NCBI GenBank assembly: GCA_964016885.1
Contig: OZ024744.1
Location: 116,250,001 to 116,314,000, forward strand
Source of the DNA: Eledone cirrhosa
Taxonomy: Eukaryota
Length of the DNA stretch: 64,000 bases
Reading direction: 5' to 3'
Shown here piece by piece: positions 54,801 through 64,000 of the stretch; position 1 is the stretch's first letter; every line of letters begins with the position of its first letter. The notes under the pieces are model-generated. The model was not told the DNA's origin. It saw only the letters and a list, made by a program, of their open reading frames with translations, and made no database searches. The translations under genes and the position numbers were made by a program.

Positions 54801-56150
54801 TGTTCAAGAACACAACACACAACCCAGTCTAAAACCCTTACCATTAGGCCACCCCATACCTCCACTATAGTATACTGGAGTAATGTAAATGAAGTGTCTT
54901 GTTCAAGAACACAACACACAACCCAGTCTAACACCCTTACCACTAGGCCACCACATACCTCCACTGTAGTATACTGGAGTAATGTGAAATGTAGTGTTTT
55001 GTTCAAGAACACAACAAACAACCCAGTCTAACACCCTTACCACTAGGCCACCACATACCTCCACTGTAGTATACTGGAGTAATGTGAAATGAAGTGTCTT
55101 GTTCAAGAACACAAGACACAACCCAGTCTAACACCCTTACCACTAGGCCACATACCTCCACTGTAGTATACTGGAGTAATGTGAAATGAAGTGTCTTGTT
55201 CAAGAATACAACACAATCCAATCTAACACCCTTACCACTCGGTCACCACTTACCTTCACTGTAGTATAGTGGGGTAATGTGAAATGTAGTTCTTTGTTCA
55301 AGAACACAACACCCAACCCAGTCTAACACCCTCACCACTAGGTCACCACATACCTCCACTCTAGTATACTGTAGTAATGTGAAATGAAGTGTCTTGTTGA
55401 AGAACACAACACACAACCCAGTCTAACAACCTTACCACTAGGCCACCCCATACCTCCACTGTAGTATACTGTAGTAATGTGAAATGTAGTGTTTTGTTGA
55501 AGAACACAACACACAACCCAGTCTAACAACCTTACCACTAGGCCACCACATACCTTCACTGTCGTATACTGGAGCAATGTGAAATGAAGTGTCTTGTTCA
55601 AGAACACAACACACAACCCAGTCTAACACCCTTACCACTAGGCCACCACATTCCTCCACTGTAGTATACTGGGGCAATGTGAACTGTAGTGTCTTGTTCA
55701 AGGACACAACACACAACCCAGTCTAACAACCTTACCACTAGGCCACCACATACCTCCACTGTAGTATACTGGAGCAATGTGAAATGAAGTGTCTTGTTCA
55801 AGAACACAACACACAACCCAGTCTAACACCCTTACCACTAGGCCACCCCATACCTCCACTGTAGTATACTGGAGTAATGTGAAATGTTTTCTTCAAGAAC
55901 ACAACACACAACCCAGTCTAACAGCCTTACCACTAGGCCACCACATACCTCCACTGTAGTATACTGTAGTAATGTGAAATGTAGTGTTTTGTTCAAGAAC
56001 ACAACACACAACCCAGTCTAACACCCTTACCACTAGGCCACCACATACCTCCACTGTAGTATACTGGAGTAATGTGAAATGAAGTGTCTTGTTCAAGAAC
56101 ACAACACACAACCCAGTCTAACACCCTTACCACTAGGCCGCCACATACCT
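48850..56150. repeat. Tandem segmental duplication of about 3.7 kb within the satellite (boundaries approximate)
   Basis: Rare variant TCAATAAAAC at 49291 and 53041 (offset 3750); later markers are offset 3655, a difference of one 95-bp monomer. Confidence 0.92.
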
Positions 56151-57779
56151 CCACTGTAGTATACTGGAGTAATGTGAAATGTAGTGTTTTGTTCAAGAAC
56201 ACAACACACAACTCAGTCTAACACCCTTACCACCAGGCCACCACATACCTCTACTGTAGTATACTGGTGTAATGTGAAATGAAGTGTCTTGTTCAAGAAC
56301 ACAACACACAACCCAGTCTAACCCCCTTACCACTAGGCCACCACATACCTCCACTTTAGTATACTGGTGTAATGTGAAATGTAGTGTTTTGTTCAAGAAC
56401 ACAACACACAACCCAGTCTAACACCCTTACCACTAGGCCACCACATACCTCCACTGTAGTATACTGGAGTAATGTGAAATGAAGTGTCTTGTTCAAGAAC
56501 ACAACACACAACCCAGTATAACACCCTTACCACTAGGCCGCCACATACCTCCACTGTAGTATACTGGAGTAATGTGAAATGTAGTGTTTTGTTCAAGAAC
56601 ACAACACACAACTCAGTCTAACACCCTTACCACCAGGCCACCACATACCTCTACTGTAGTATACTGGTGTAATGTGAAATGAAGTGTCTTGTTCAAGAAC
56701 ACAACACACAACCCAGTCTAACACCCTTACTACTAAGCCACCACATACCTCCACTTTAGTATACTGGTGTAATGTGAAATGTAGTGTTTTGTTCAAGAAC
56801 ACAACACACAACCCAGTCTAACACCCTTACCACTAGGCCACCACATACCTCCACTGTAGTATACTGGAGTAATGTGAAATGTAGTGTTTTGTTGAAGAAC
56901 ACAACACACAACCTAGTCTAACACCCTTACCACTAGGCCACCACATACCTCCACTGTAGTATACTGGAGTAATGTGAAATGTAGTGTTTTGTTCAAGAAC
57001 ACAACACACAACCCAGTATAACACCCTTACCACTGGGCCACCCTGTACCTCTAGTGTAGTATACTGGTGTACTATGAAATGAAGTGTGTTGTTCAAGAAC
57101 ACAACACACAACCCAGTCTAATACCCTTACCACTAGGCCACCACATACCTCCACTGTAGTATACTGGAGTAATGTGAAATGTAGTGTTTTGTTCAAGAAC
57201 ACAACACACAACCCAGTATAACACCCTTACCACTGGGCCACCCTGTACCTCTAGTGTAGTATACTGGTGTACTATGAAATGAAGTGTTTTGTTCAAGAAC
57301 ACAACACACAACCCAGTCTAATACCCTTACCACTAGGCCACCACATACCTCCACTGTAGTATACTGGTGTAATATGAAATGAAGTGTCTTGTTCAAGAAC
57401 ACAACACACAACCCAGTATAACACCCTTACCACTGGGCCACCCTGTACCTCTAGTGTAGTATACTGGTGTACTATGAAATGAAGTGTGTTGTTCAAGAAC
57501 ACAACACACAACCCAGTCTAACACCCTTACCACTAGGCCACAACATACCTACACTGTAGTATACTGGAGTAATGTGAAATGAAGTGTTTTGTTCAAGAAC
57601 ACAACACATAACCCAGGCCAGGAATCAAACACCCTTACCACAACACCACACACCTCTACCAATTTTTCAAGCCCTCTTTTATTTAATTTGTTGTTAAAAA
57701 ACATGTTTTATAAATTTGAGTATCTACTCAGTATCCAGGTGTGTAGAACTCACTCAAACGCTCTTTTGTCATCAATCCC

Positions 57780-57872
57780 GGCTGCATTTGTCCTGAATCT
57801 TTACATTCTCAAGTGTAATTCCTAGGACGGTCAACTTTGCCTTTTGTTATTCCAGGATTGATAAAATAAAGA
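57780..57872 (+). mobile_element. Degenerate SINE fragment (octopus-type, recognised from memory)
   Basis: TCTTTACATTCT...AATTCC...GGTCAACTTTGCCTTTT...GATAAAATAA resembles my recollection of the central part of an abundant octopus tRNA-SINE; not verified by search. Confidence 0.45.
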
Positions 57873-57876
57873 AATG

Positions 57877-57898
57877 GAGAGAGGTAGAGAGAGGTAGA

Positions 57899-57943
<45 letters not shown>

Positions 57944-57945
57944 TT

Positions 57946-57984
<39 letters not shown>

Positions 57985-58004
57985 GATAGATAGATAGATA
58001 GATA
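57877..58004. repeat. Compound (GA)n and (GATA)n microsatellite
   Basis: Directly visible. Confidence 0.97.
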
Positions 58005-58006
58005 TC

Positions 58007-58350
58007 TTTCTTTATTAGCCACAGGGGCACAAAAAAAAGGTGACAAATACAAAGGGGGAAGTTTACATACAATAAAAACGTGTAAAATGTTATCACAAAT
58101 GTAATTTAACAAGTTAGTCGATTTTCCCCAATAGGGGGAGACAGTTTATATGGGTAACGCATACCCCCGAAAAAAATGTGCAACCCTCATCTCCAAGAGT
58201 ACGAAGAGTTTGTACTCCTCTCCTCCTCCTTTTTCTCAACCTACAGGCTGATATAGAGAGAAGCCCATTCACTCGGGACATTCTCACCACTTTCACCCAC
58301 CTTTCATAAAACTTACTGGGGTACAGCACCTCTCTCTCCATCCTGATTTT
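58007..58350 (-). mobile_element. Tx1/L1-like LINE 3' fragment A (3' UTR and ORF2 C-terminus)
   Basis: Homologous to 59223-59570; ends GGCTAATAAAGAAA at (TATC)n; the 5' end abuts (AGAT)n. Confidence 0.88.
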
Positions 58351-58389
58351 AGATAGATAGATAGATAGATAGGTGATACATAAATATGA

Positions 58390-58494
58390 TTCTTTATTAG
58401 CCACAAGGGCACAAAAGAATACGATAAAAACGTGTAAAATACTATCACAAATGCAATTTTAAAAATTAATCGATTTTCCTCAATAGGGGAGACA
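58390..58494 (-). mobile_element. LINE 3' UTR fragment B
   Basis: Same 3' terminus with an internal deletion; truncated at GGGGAGACA. Confidence 0.8.
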
Positions 58495-58508
58495 CATAGA
58501 TAGATATG

Positions 58509-59034
58509 TTTCTTTATTAGCCACAGGGGCACAAAAGAAGGGGACAAATACAAAGGGGAAGTTTACATACAATAAAAACGTCTAAAATATTATCACAAAT
58601 GCAATTTAAAAAATTAGTCGATTTTCCCCAATAGGGGGAGACAGTTTATATGGGTAACACATACCCCCGAAAAAAATGTGCAACCCTCATCTCCAAGAGT
58701 ACGAAGAGTTTGTACTCCCTTCCTCTCCTCCTTTTCCTCAACCTGCAGGCTGATATAGAGAGAAGGCCCATTCACTCGGGCCATTCTCGCCACTTTCACC
58801 CACCTTTCATAAAACTTGCTGGGGTACAGCACCTCTCTCTCCATCCTGATTCTTCTTCCAAAATGGTATTTGAAAAAAAAGAATCAGTTGTTGGCCGGAG
58901 AGAAAGGTGTCTGACTTCAGCCCTTTCAACCTTGTCCACCATACAACCTCTTTCGCCATAGCTATCACACAAAGGAAAACCGCCTCTCCTTCGTTTTTGA
59001 AGGAGGGTGGCGGTTTGATCATGACAATGGACTC
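58509..59034 (-). mobile_element. LINE 3' fragment C
   Basis: Matches 59223-59752 and encodes ...IKPPPSFKNEGEAVFLC...; GATA units on both sides. Confidence 0.9.
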
Positions 59035-59051
59035 ATAGATAGATAGATATG

Positions 59052-59185
59052 TTTCTTTATTAGCCACAGAGGCACAAAGGAAGGGGACAAATACAAAGGG
59101 GGAAGTTTACATACAATAAAAACGTGTAAAATGTTATCACAAATGCAATTTAAAAATTAGTCGATTTTCCCCAATAGGGGGAGAC
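59052..59185 (-). mobile_element. LINE 3' UTR fragment D
   Basis: Same 3' terminus; truncated at the same GGGGAGACA point as fragment B. Confidence 0.85.
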
Positions 59186-59222
59186 ATTACATATGAGATA
59201 GATAGATAGATAGATAGATATA

Positions 59223-61219
59223 TTTCTTTATTAGCCACAGGGGCACAAAAGAAGGGGACAAATACAAAGGGGGAAGTTTACATACAATAAAAACGTGTAA
59301 AATGTTATCACAAATGGAATTTAAAAAGTTAGTCGATTTTCCCCAATAGAGGGAGACAGTTTATATGGGTAACACATACCCCCGAAAAAAAATGTGCAAC
59401 CCTCATCTCCAGGAGTACGAAGAGTTTGTATTCCCTTCCTCTCCTCCTCCTTTTCCTCAACCTACAGGCTGATATAGAGAGAAGGCCCATTCACTCGGGC
59501 CATTCTCGCCACTTTCACCCACCTTTCATAAAACTTGCTGGGGTACAGCACCTCTTTCTCCATCCTGATTCTTCTTCCAAAGTGGTATTTGAAAAAAAGA
59601 ATCAGTTGTTGGCCGGAGAGAAAGGTGTCTGACCTCAGCCCTTTCAACCTTGTCCACCATACAACCTCTTTCGCCATAGCTATCACACAAAGGAAAACCG
59701 CCTCTCCTTCGTTTTTGAAGGAGGGTGGCGGTTTGATCGTGACAATGGACTCGGTGGTCAACTGGACTGGTCCCACCCGCGACAATAGTCGTTCTACATA
59801 GCCCCACAGGTCAGTGACGCCCGGGCAGTGTATGAATGCGTACGCGACAGTTTCTTCGTCTTGCACGCACCTCGGACAGATCTTTTTTGCAGGGTCCCTG
59901 CCCGGGCGCCCATGTCTGTAGAGCTTGTCTCGAACTGGTAGAGCTCCTCGGTAGCACTGCCAGGCCAGGGACTTTTGGAAGTTGTCCATCGGTCCCGGGC
60001 GGAAGGTCCTACCGAACAGACTGGCCAGTTCATCTTCCTCTACGCCTAGAGTTTCACCGAGCGCGTCGTCGCACTTGCTGCGGACTAACCCTCTATAGAA
60101 TGACGAAGTGGAGTCTCCACTGATCGCCGGGTCCGCCTGCCAGAGGGCTGTGAGCGCCTGAGCACATTCGATGTGCCAGTCGCCCATTTTCCTCGGTCTT
60201 TGCTTGACCCAGGACTGCAGCTCGGTCAGCAAGACGAGTCGTGGGAAGGCTCGCCTCACGAACGGGGCCCACACCGGTTGTCCGGTGAGGAATACGTAGA
60301 GATGCCGCAGCCTGAGCGCGTGTTTGCGCATCGTCAACCACGGCATTCCCAGCCCTCCGTTAGAAGGGTGTTGGCAGCAGATGGATCTTCTCACCAAAGG
60401 AGCCCGCCTCTTCCAAAGGAATCGGAACAGCGCGCGCTCCATTTTGGCTGGACAAGGCACGACGGTCAAGCGGTAGTAGATGGCGGACGCTATAAAAGTG
60501 TTCGCCACCTCCGCTCGACCTTTCAAGGATAGTTTGCACTCGGCCCACTTCTGGGTGAGTGCAAAGACCTTGGCCGTCACTTCGTTCCAGTTCTTCTCCA
60601 CCTGGATGTCCGGACCAAACCAGACCCCGAGCAGCTTTACCGGTCCTTCCGTCCAGCGTCCGACGACGCCATCGGAAGGCATCGGTCTGCCTCTCCACGA
60701 TCCGAGTTGCAAACCGATGGACTTGTCCCGGTTCAGCTTCGCTCCTGTGAGACTTTCGTATTCCTTCAGTAAGGTGCCGACTTCCTCGATTTGCGAGGCG
60801 CTCGACACCATTACTGTCACGTCTTCGGCGTAGGCCGACGCCGCTTTCCGCAGTCCCAGTTCCAGAGGGATGCCCTGCAATAGCTCCAGCTTCCGCAGTA
60901 GTGGCTCGAGAGTCAGTACGTACAGAAGGGAGGAGAGAGGGCATCCCTGTCGAATGGATCGCGTAATATGGAACGGCTCCGAGAGGTAGCCGTTCACCTT
61001 GACCCTTGAGCAGATGTTGCTGTTGTGCATTGCAGCGATCCAGCCCCTGAACACGGGTCCGAAGCCTGCCGCCCCGAGCACCGCATCCAGGTAACGATGG
61101 TCAACCCTATCGAAAGCCTTAGACTGATCCAAGTTGATCAGGGCCCCACCGAAGCCGGGTCTACACCCTACCCTCTCTATGATGTATCGCATGAGGTGGG
61201 GGTTGTCGTGTATGGACCG
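59223..61219 (-). mobile_element. 5'-truncated Tx1/L1-clade non-LTR retrotransposon, copy E (about 2 kb)
   Basis: Contains an RT ORF and a 3' UTR with AATAAA adjoining (TATC)n. Confidence 0.92.
59462..61219 (-). pseudogene. LINE ORF2 remnant: reverse transcriptase and C-terminal cysteine-rich zinc-binding region
   Basis: RSIHDN, LDQSKAFDRVDH, IRQGCPLS, AYAEDVTV (YADD mutated to YAED), KLLGVWF, LSLKGRA, GGLGMP, CPRC...ET..YAFIHCP; the endonuclease domain is absent because of 5' truncation. Confidence 0.9.
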
Positions 61220-61391
61220 TGTATGTCGTAAATGGATATTCCGCCCCTGTAGGGGGCGAAAATGAGTTGACGCACCACCTGAAGGTCCAGACGGGTGGTC
61301 AAGTTACACAATGATATAAAATTTAACTAAAAACTCACGTTTTTTTCTTACATAAATTAACGGAAACTTCTCCGCGAAGTGACACGCGTCT

Positions 61392-61398
61392 GATAGAG

Positions 61399-61453
<55 letters not shown>
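61392..61453. repeat. (GATA)n microsatellite
   Basis: Directly visible. Confidence 0.97.
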
Positions 61454-61454
<1 letters not shown>

Positions 61455-62686
61455 TTCTTTATTAGCCACAAGGGCGCAACAAGAAAGGGGACAATACAAA
61501 GACATGCCGGGGATTTTACATACAGTCGTGTAAAAAATATAAAAACAAACAATTTCAACAATCGAAATCCCCAATAGGGGGGAGGCGCCACAAATGGGTT
61601 GTTTAATACCCCGTCGATAGAACAACCCTCAACTCAAGGAGCGTGTTGTGCAAGTGCTCCTTTCTTCCTTTTGCTCTCTTCCTCAACCTACAGGCTTATA
61701 AACAGAGAAGGCCCAATCACTCGGGCCATTTTCGCTTCATTCACCCACCTTTCAGTAAATTTACTGGGGTGCAGTGCCTCTCTCTCCACCCTGATTCTCC
61801 TTCTAAAGTGATACTTAAAGAATGGAATCAATTGTTGTCCGGAGAGAAAGGCATCTGTCCTCAGTCCTCTCAACCTCGTCCACCATATAACTTCTTTCAC
61901 CATAGCCACCGTACAGAGGAAAACCGCCTCTCTTTCGTTTTTGAAAGAGTCTGGCGGTTTGATCCTTACTATGGACTCGGCAGTCAACTGTATTTGTCCC
62001 ATACGCGACAGCAGTTGTTCTGCATAGTTCCACAGGTCGCTTACGCCCGGGCAGTGTACAATTGCGTGCAGAACTGTTTCAATGTCCTGCGCACATCTTG
62101 GACACGTCCTCTTGGAAGGATCCCTGCCAGGGCGTCCGTGCCTGTAGATCTTGTCACGAACCGGTAGAGCTCCTCGGTAGCACTGCCAGGCCAGGGACCT
62201 CTGGAAGTTGTCCATAGGTCCCGGGCGGAAAGTCCTACCAAACATACTGGTGAGCTCATCGTCTTCGACGCCCAGAGTCTCTCCGAGCACGTCGTCGCCC
62301 TTGTAACGTACAATCCCTCTATAGAATGTCGAAGTGGAGTCTCCACTGATTGCTGCGCCCGCTTGCCAGAGGACTGTGAGCGCCTGAGCGCATTCAATGT
62401 GCCAGGCTACCATCGTTTTCGGTCTTTTCTTCACCCAGGACTGCAGCTCCGTTAGCGAGACGAGCTGTGGGAAAGCCTGTCTTACAAACGGTGCCCACAC
62501 CGGTTTGGGGTCGGTGAGGAATACCTGGAGATGCCGCAGCCTCAGCGCATGTTTGCGCATCATCAGCCACGGCATTCCCAGCCCTCCGTTGGAAGGGTGC
62601 TGACAGCAGACGGATCTCCTCACCAGCGGAGCCTGCTTCTTCCACAGAAACTGGAAGAGCATGCGTTCCATCTTGGCGAGGTGTTC
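61454..62686 (-). mobile_element. 5'-truncated Tx1/L1-like LINE, diverged subfamily, copy F (ORF2 C-terminus 61688-62686)
   Basis: The 327-aa ORF is colinear with copy E (GGLGMPWL, CPRC...ETVLHAIVHCP) but clearly diverged; its 3' UTR differs but ends in the same GTGGCTAATAAAGAAA; (GATA)n on both flanks. Confidence 0.92.
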
Positions 62687-62708
62687 AGATAGATAGATAG
62701 ATAGATAG
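62687..62708. repeat. (GATA)n microsatellite
   Basis: Directly visible. Confidence 0.95.
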
Positions 62709-62717
62709 GGATATATA

Positions 62718-64000
62718 CAGGGTGCGGACGATATTTGTTCGCAAGATTACTGTCTAGGAAGAAGTTAACACAGTAGTTTTATTTTTTAAGATATATTTAT
62801 CAAACTTGCGTCAGTTTGTCTTCATGACTTGTTCTTTCGATCGCACTTGCTAAACCCGCCATTGGCTTTGATGAGGGTCTCAAGGCGGCCTCGGAACCGG
62901 CTACTGGCCTTCGTCACTGTCCCCCGACTTAGGCCCCTAAAGGCACTTGTGATCCTAGCCTTCAGATCGTCTTTCGTATTGCAGCTAGATCTGTTGGTGT
63001 CTCATTCCACTGCGCCCCACACAAAGAAGTCGAGGGGCTTGAAGTCAGGCGAGCTGGGAGGCCAGGTGTCAGGGGAAGTGTGGTCGACGAAGTTCTCTGA
63101 CAGCCAGGCTTGGGTCTTTCAGCTGGTATGGCAGGGCGCTGAGTCTTGCTGCCACACGTACAGCTTACCTGCAGCTACCTGGTCGATTCAGGGTTTTACT
63201 ACTTCGCCCAGAACGTGGATGTAGCCATCGGTGTTCAGCTTGAGGCCCTCAGGGAAGAAGTGAGGTGGCATGACGCTGGAAACTTTGTCTGCATGACTCT
63301 GGGCACGTCTTTGGATGAGACAGCAAGCCACCTGTTGTTCTGGGAGTTGATCTTCTGGTCTTGGCAGAAGTTTTTCTCATCGGAGAAAAACCGCAGCATC
63401 TCTGGCTCCAGTGGGTGTTTCAACTTGTTGATCATCTTCTTTGCAAGCTTCAGTCGCTTTTCTTTCATCACCTTTGACAGAAATTGTCCTTTCCTCATCT
63501 TGTAAGAAACGTAGCGAATGTCTTCATGTACTACCAGCCTAATGAGCTTTTCATCCATGCCTTTCTCCCTTGCAATGGCACGCATCGACTTGCTAGGTTC
63601 ATTGTTGATGATATCCTGAATTTCAGCGATGAACTCGGGCGTTCTGAAGCGTCAGATCGTCGATCATGTGTTTTCCTCTCTGATGTTGCTTCGTAGTCGA
63701 ATCCTGAATCTTCCAATTCCTTTCTGACCTTTTCCACCATTCTCCTGCTGACGCTGAGAAAGTCTGAAATTTCCTTATTTGTCCTCCCGGCACGGATTTC
63801 AAGAAGAACTCCGTGTCTCTTCCACAAATTTGGAGGTTTAAAATTATTCATAATCAATTATTCTGAAAATAAATAATGGAAATATAGTCACTTGGAAGCG
63901 GTTCTCAAGACGGCCAGTTCTATCGAAGCCGTTCGCAATCACGCGTTCCATCCGACAGAGATGCCTTCTCTCCTCCATTCTGTATGTACTGACTCTAGAG
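62718..64000 (-). mobile_element. Tc1/mariner DNA transposon, DD37D (maT) family; the second TIR is presumably beyond the window
   Basis: TA at 62716-62717 followed by the terminus CAGGGTGCGGACG; transposase remnant on the minus strand. Confidence 0.85.
62822..63851 (-). pseudogene. DD37D (maT) transposase pseudogene
   Basis: N-terminal HTH-like AGRTNKEISDFLSVSRRMV; FFSDEKNF; WQQDSAPCHTS*KTQAWL...WPPSSPDFKPLDFFVWG with 37 residues between the second and third Asp; in-frame TGA stops, frameshifts and a deletion after TKFPAS. Confidence 0.9.

Larger units (their letters stand above)
14225..57660. repeat. 100-bp satellite, main block (about 440 monomers), derived from a tRNA/CORE-type SINE head on the minus strand
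   Basis: Uninterrupted head-to-tail monomers (100 bp, with recurrent 85-99 bp variants); the minus strand has the A-box TGGCCTAGTGG followed by CORE-like GTTGTGTTCTTGAACAAAACACTTCATTTCAC. Confidence 0.98.

Noticed and set aside
8652-57511. Hundreds of 60-140 aa ORFs ([24 protein letters not shown]...)
   Set aside because: Artefacts of translating a 100-bp repeat: the frame rotates each monomer until a stop, most starts are not ATG, and indels ignore frame.
14225-57600. Tandem tRNA gene array
   Set aside because: Only the tRNA-like 5' half and A-box are present; there is no complete anticodon arm, T-arm/B box or acceptor 3' strand.
14225-57600. Hammerhead ribozyme or strong G-quadruplex in the 100-bp satellite
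   Set aside because: No CUGANGA core on either strand of the consensus; the minus strand has mostly GG runs and only two GGG per monomer.
8570-57660. CRISPR array
   Set aside because: The entire 100-bp unit repeats with no unique spacers, there are no cas genes, and the context is eukaryotic.
59526-63696. Overlapping and antisense ORFs in the LINE and maT regions
   Set aside because: Shadow frames of GC-rich TE coding sequence with no independent motifs.

Overview
Gene-free, repeat-only eukaryotic DNA, probably an octopod cephalopod (inferred from SINE-like sequences and GATA microsatellites, recalled rather than searched). No host genes, rRNA, tRNA genes or CRISPR arrays. From left to right: (1) 1-1236, nested CsRn1-clade Gypsy LTR remnants. 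(2) 1562-3073, about 3.6 copies of a 421-bp tandem repeat; each full unit carries, on the minus strand, a minimal type I hammerhead ribozyme (CUGANGA...GAAA-CUAG-UA) inside a predicted 91-nt spliceosomal intron, i.e. a retrozyme or Penelope-pLTR-like array, and the most interesting element here. (3) Two defective copies of a CsRn1-clade Ty3/Gypsy retrotransposon (3074-8569 full length, 10656-14224 3'-truncated). (4) About 45 kb of a 100-bp satellite derived from the head of a tRNA/CORE-type SINE, with multi-kb segmental duplications; the terminal unit keeps a B box that the other monomers lack. (5) Six 5'-truncated Tx1/L1-like LINE copies from two subfamilies, stacked in one orientation in (GATA)n. 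(6) A decayed DD37D (maT) Tc1/mariner transposon running off the right edge. Coordinates were counted by eye and nothing was aligned or folded computationally.
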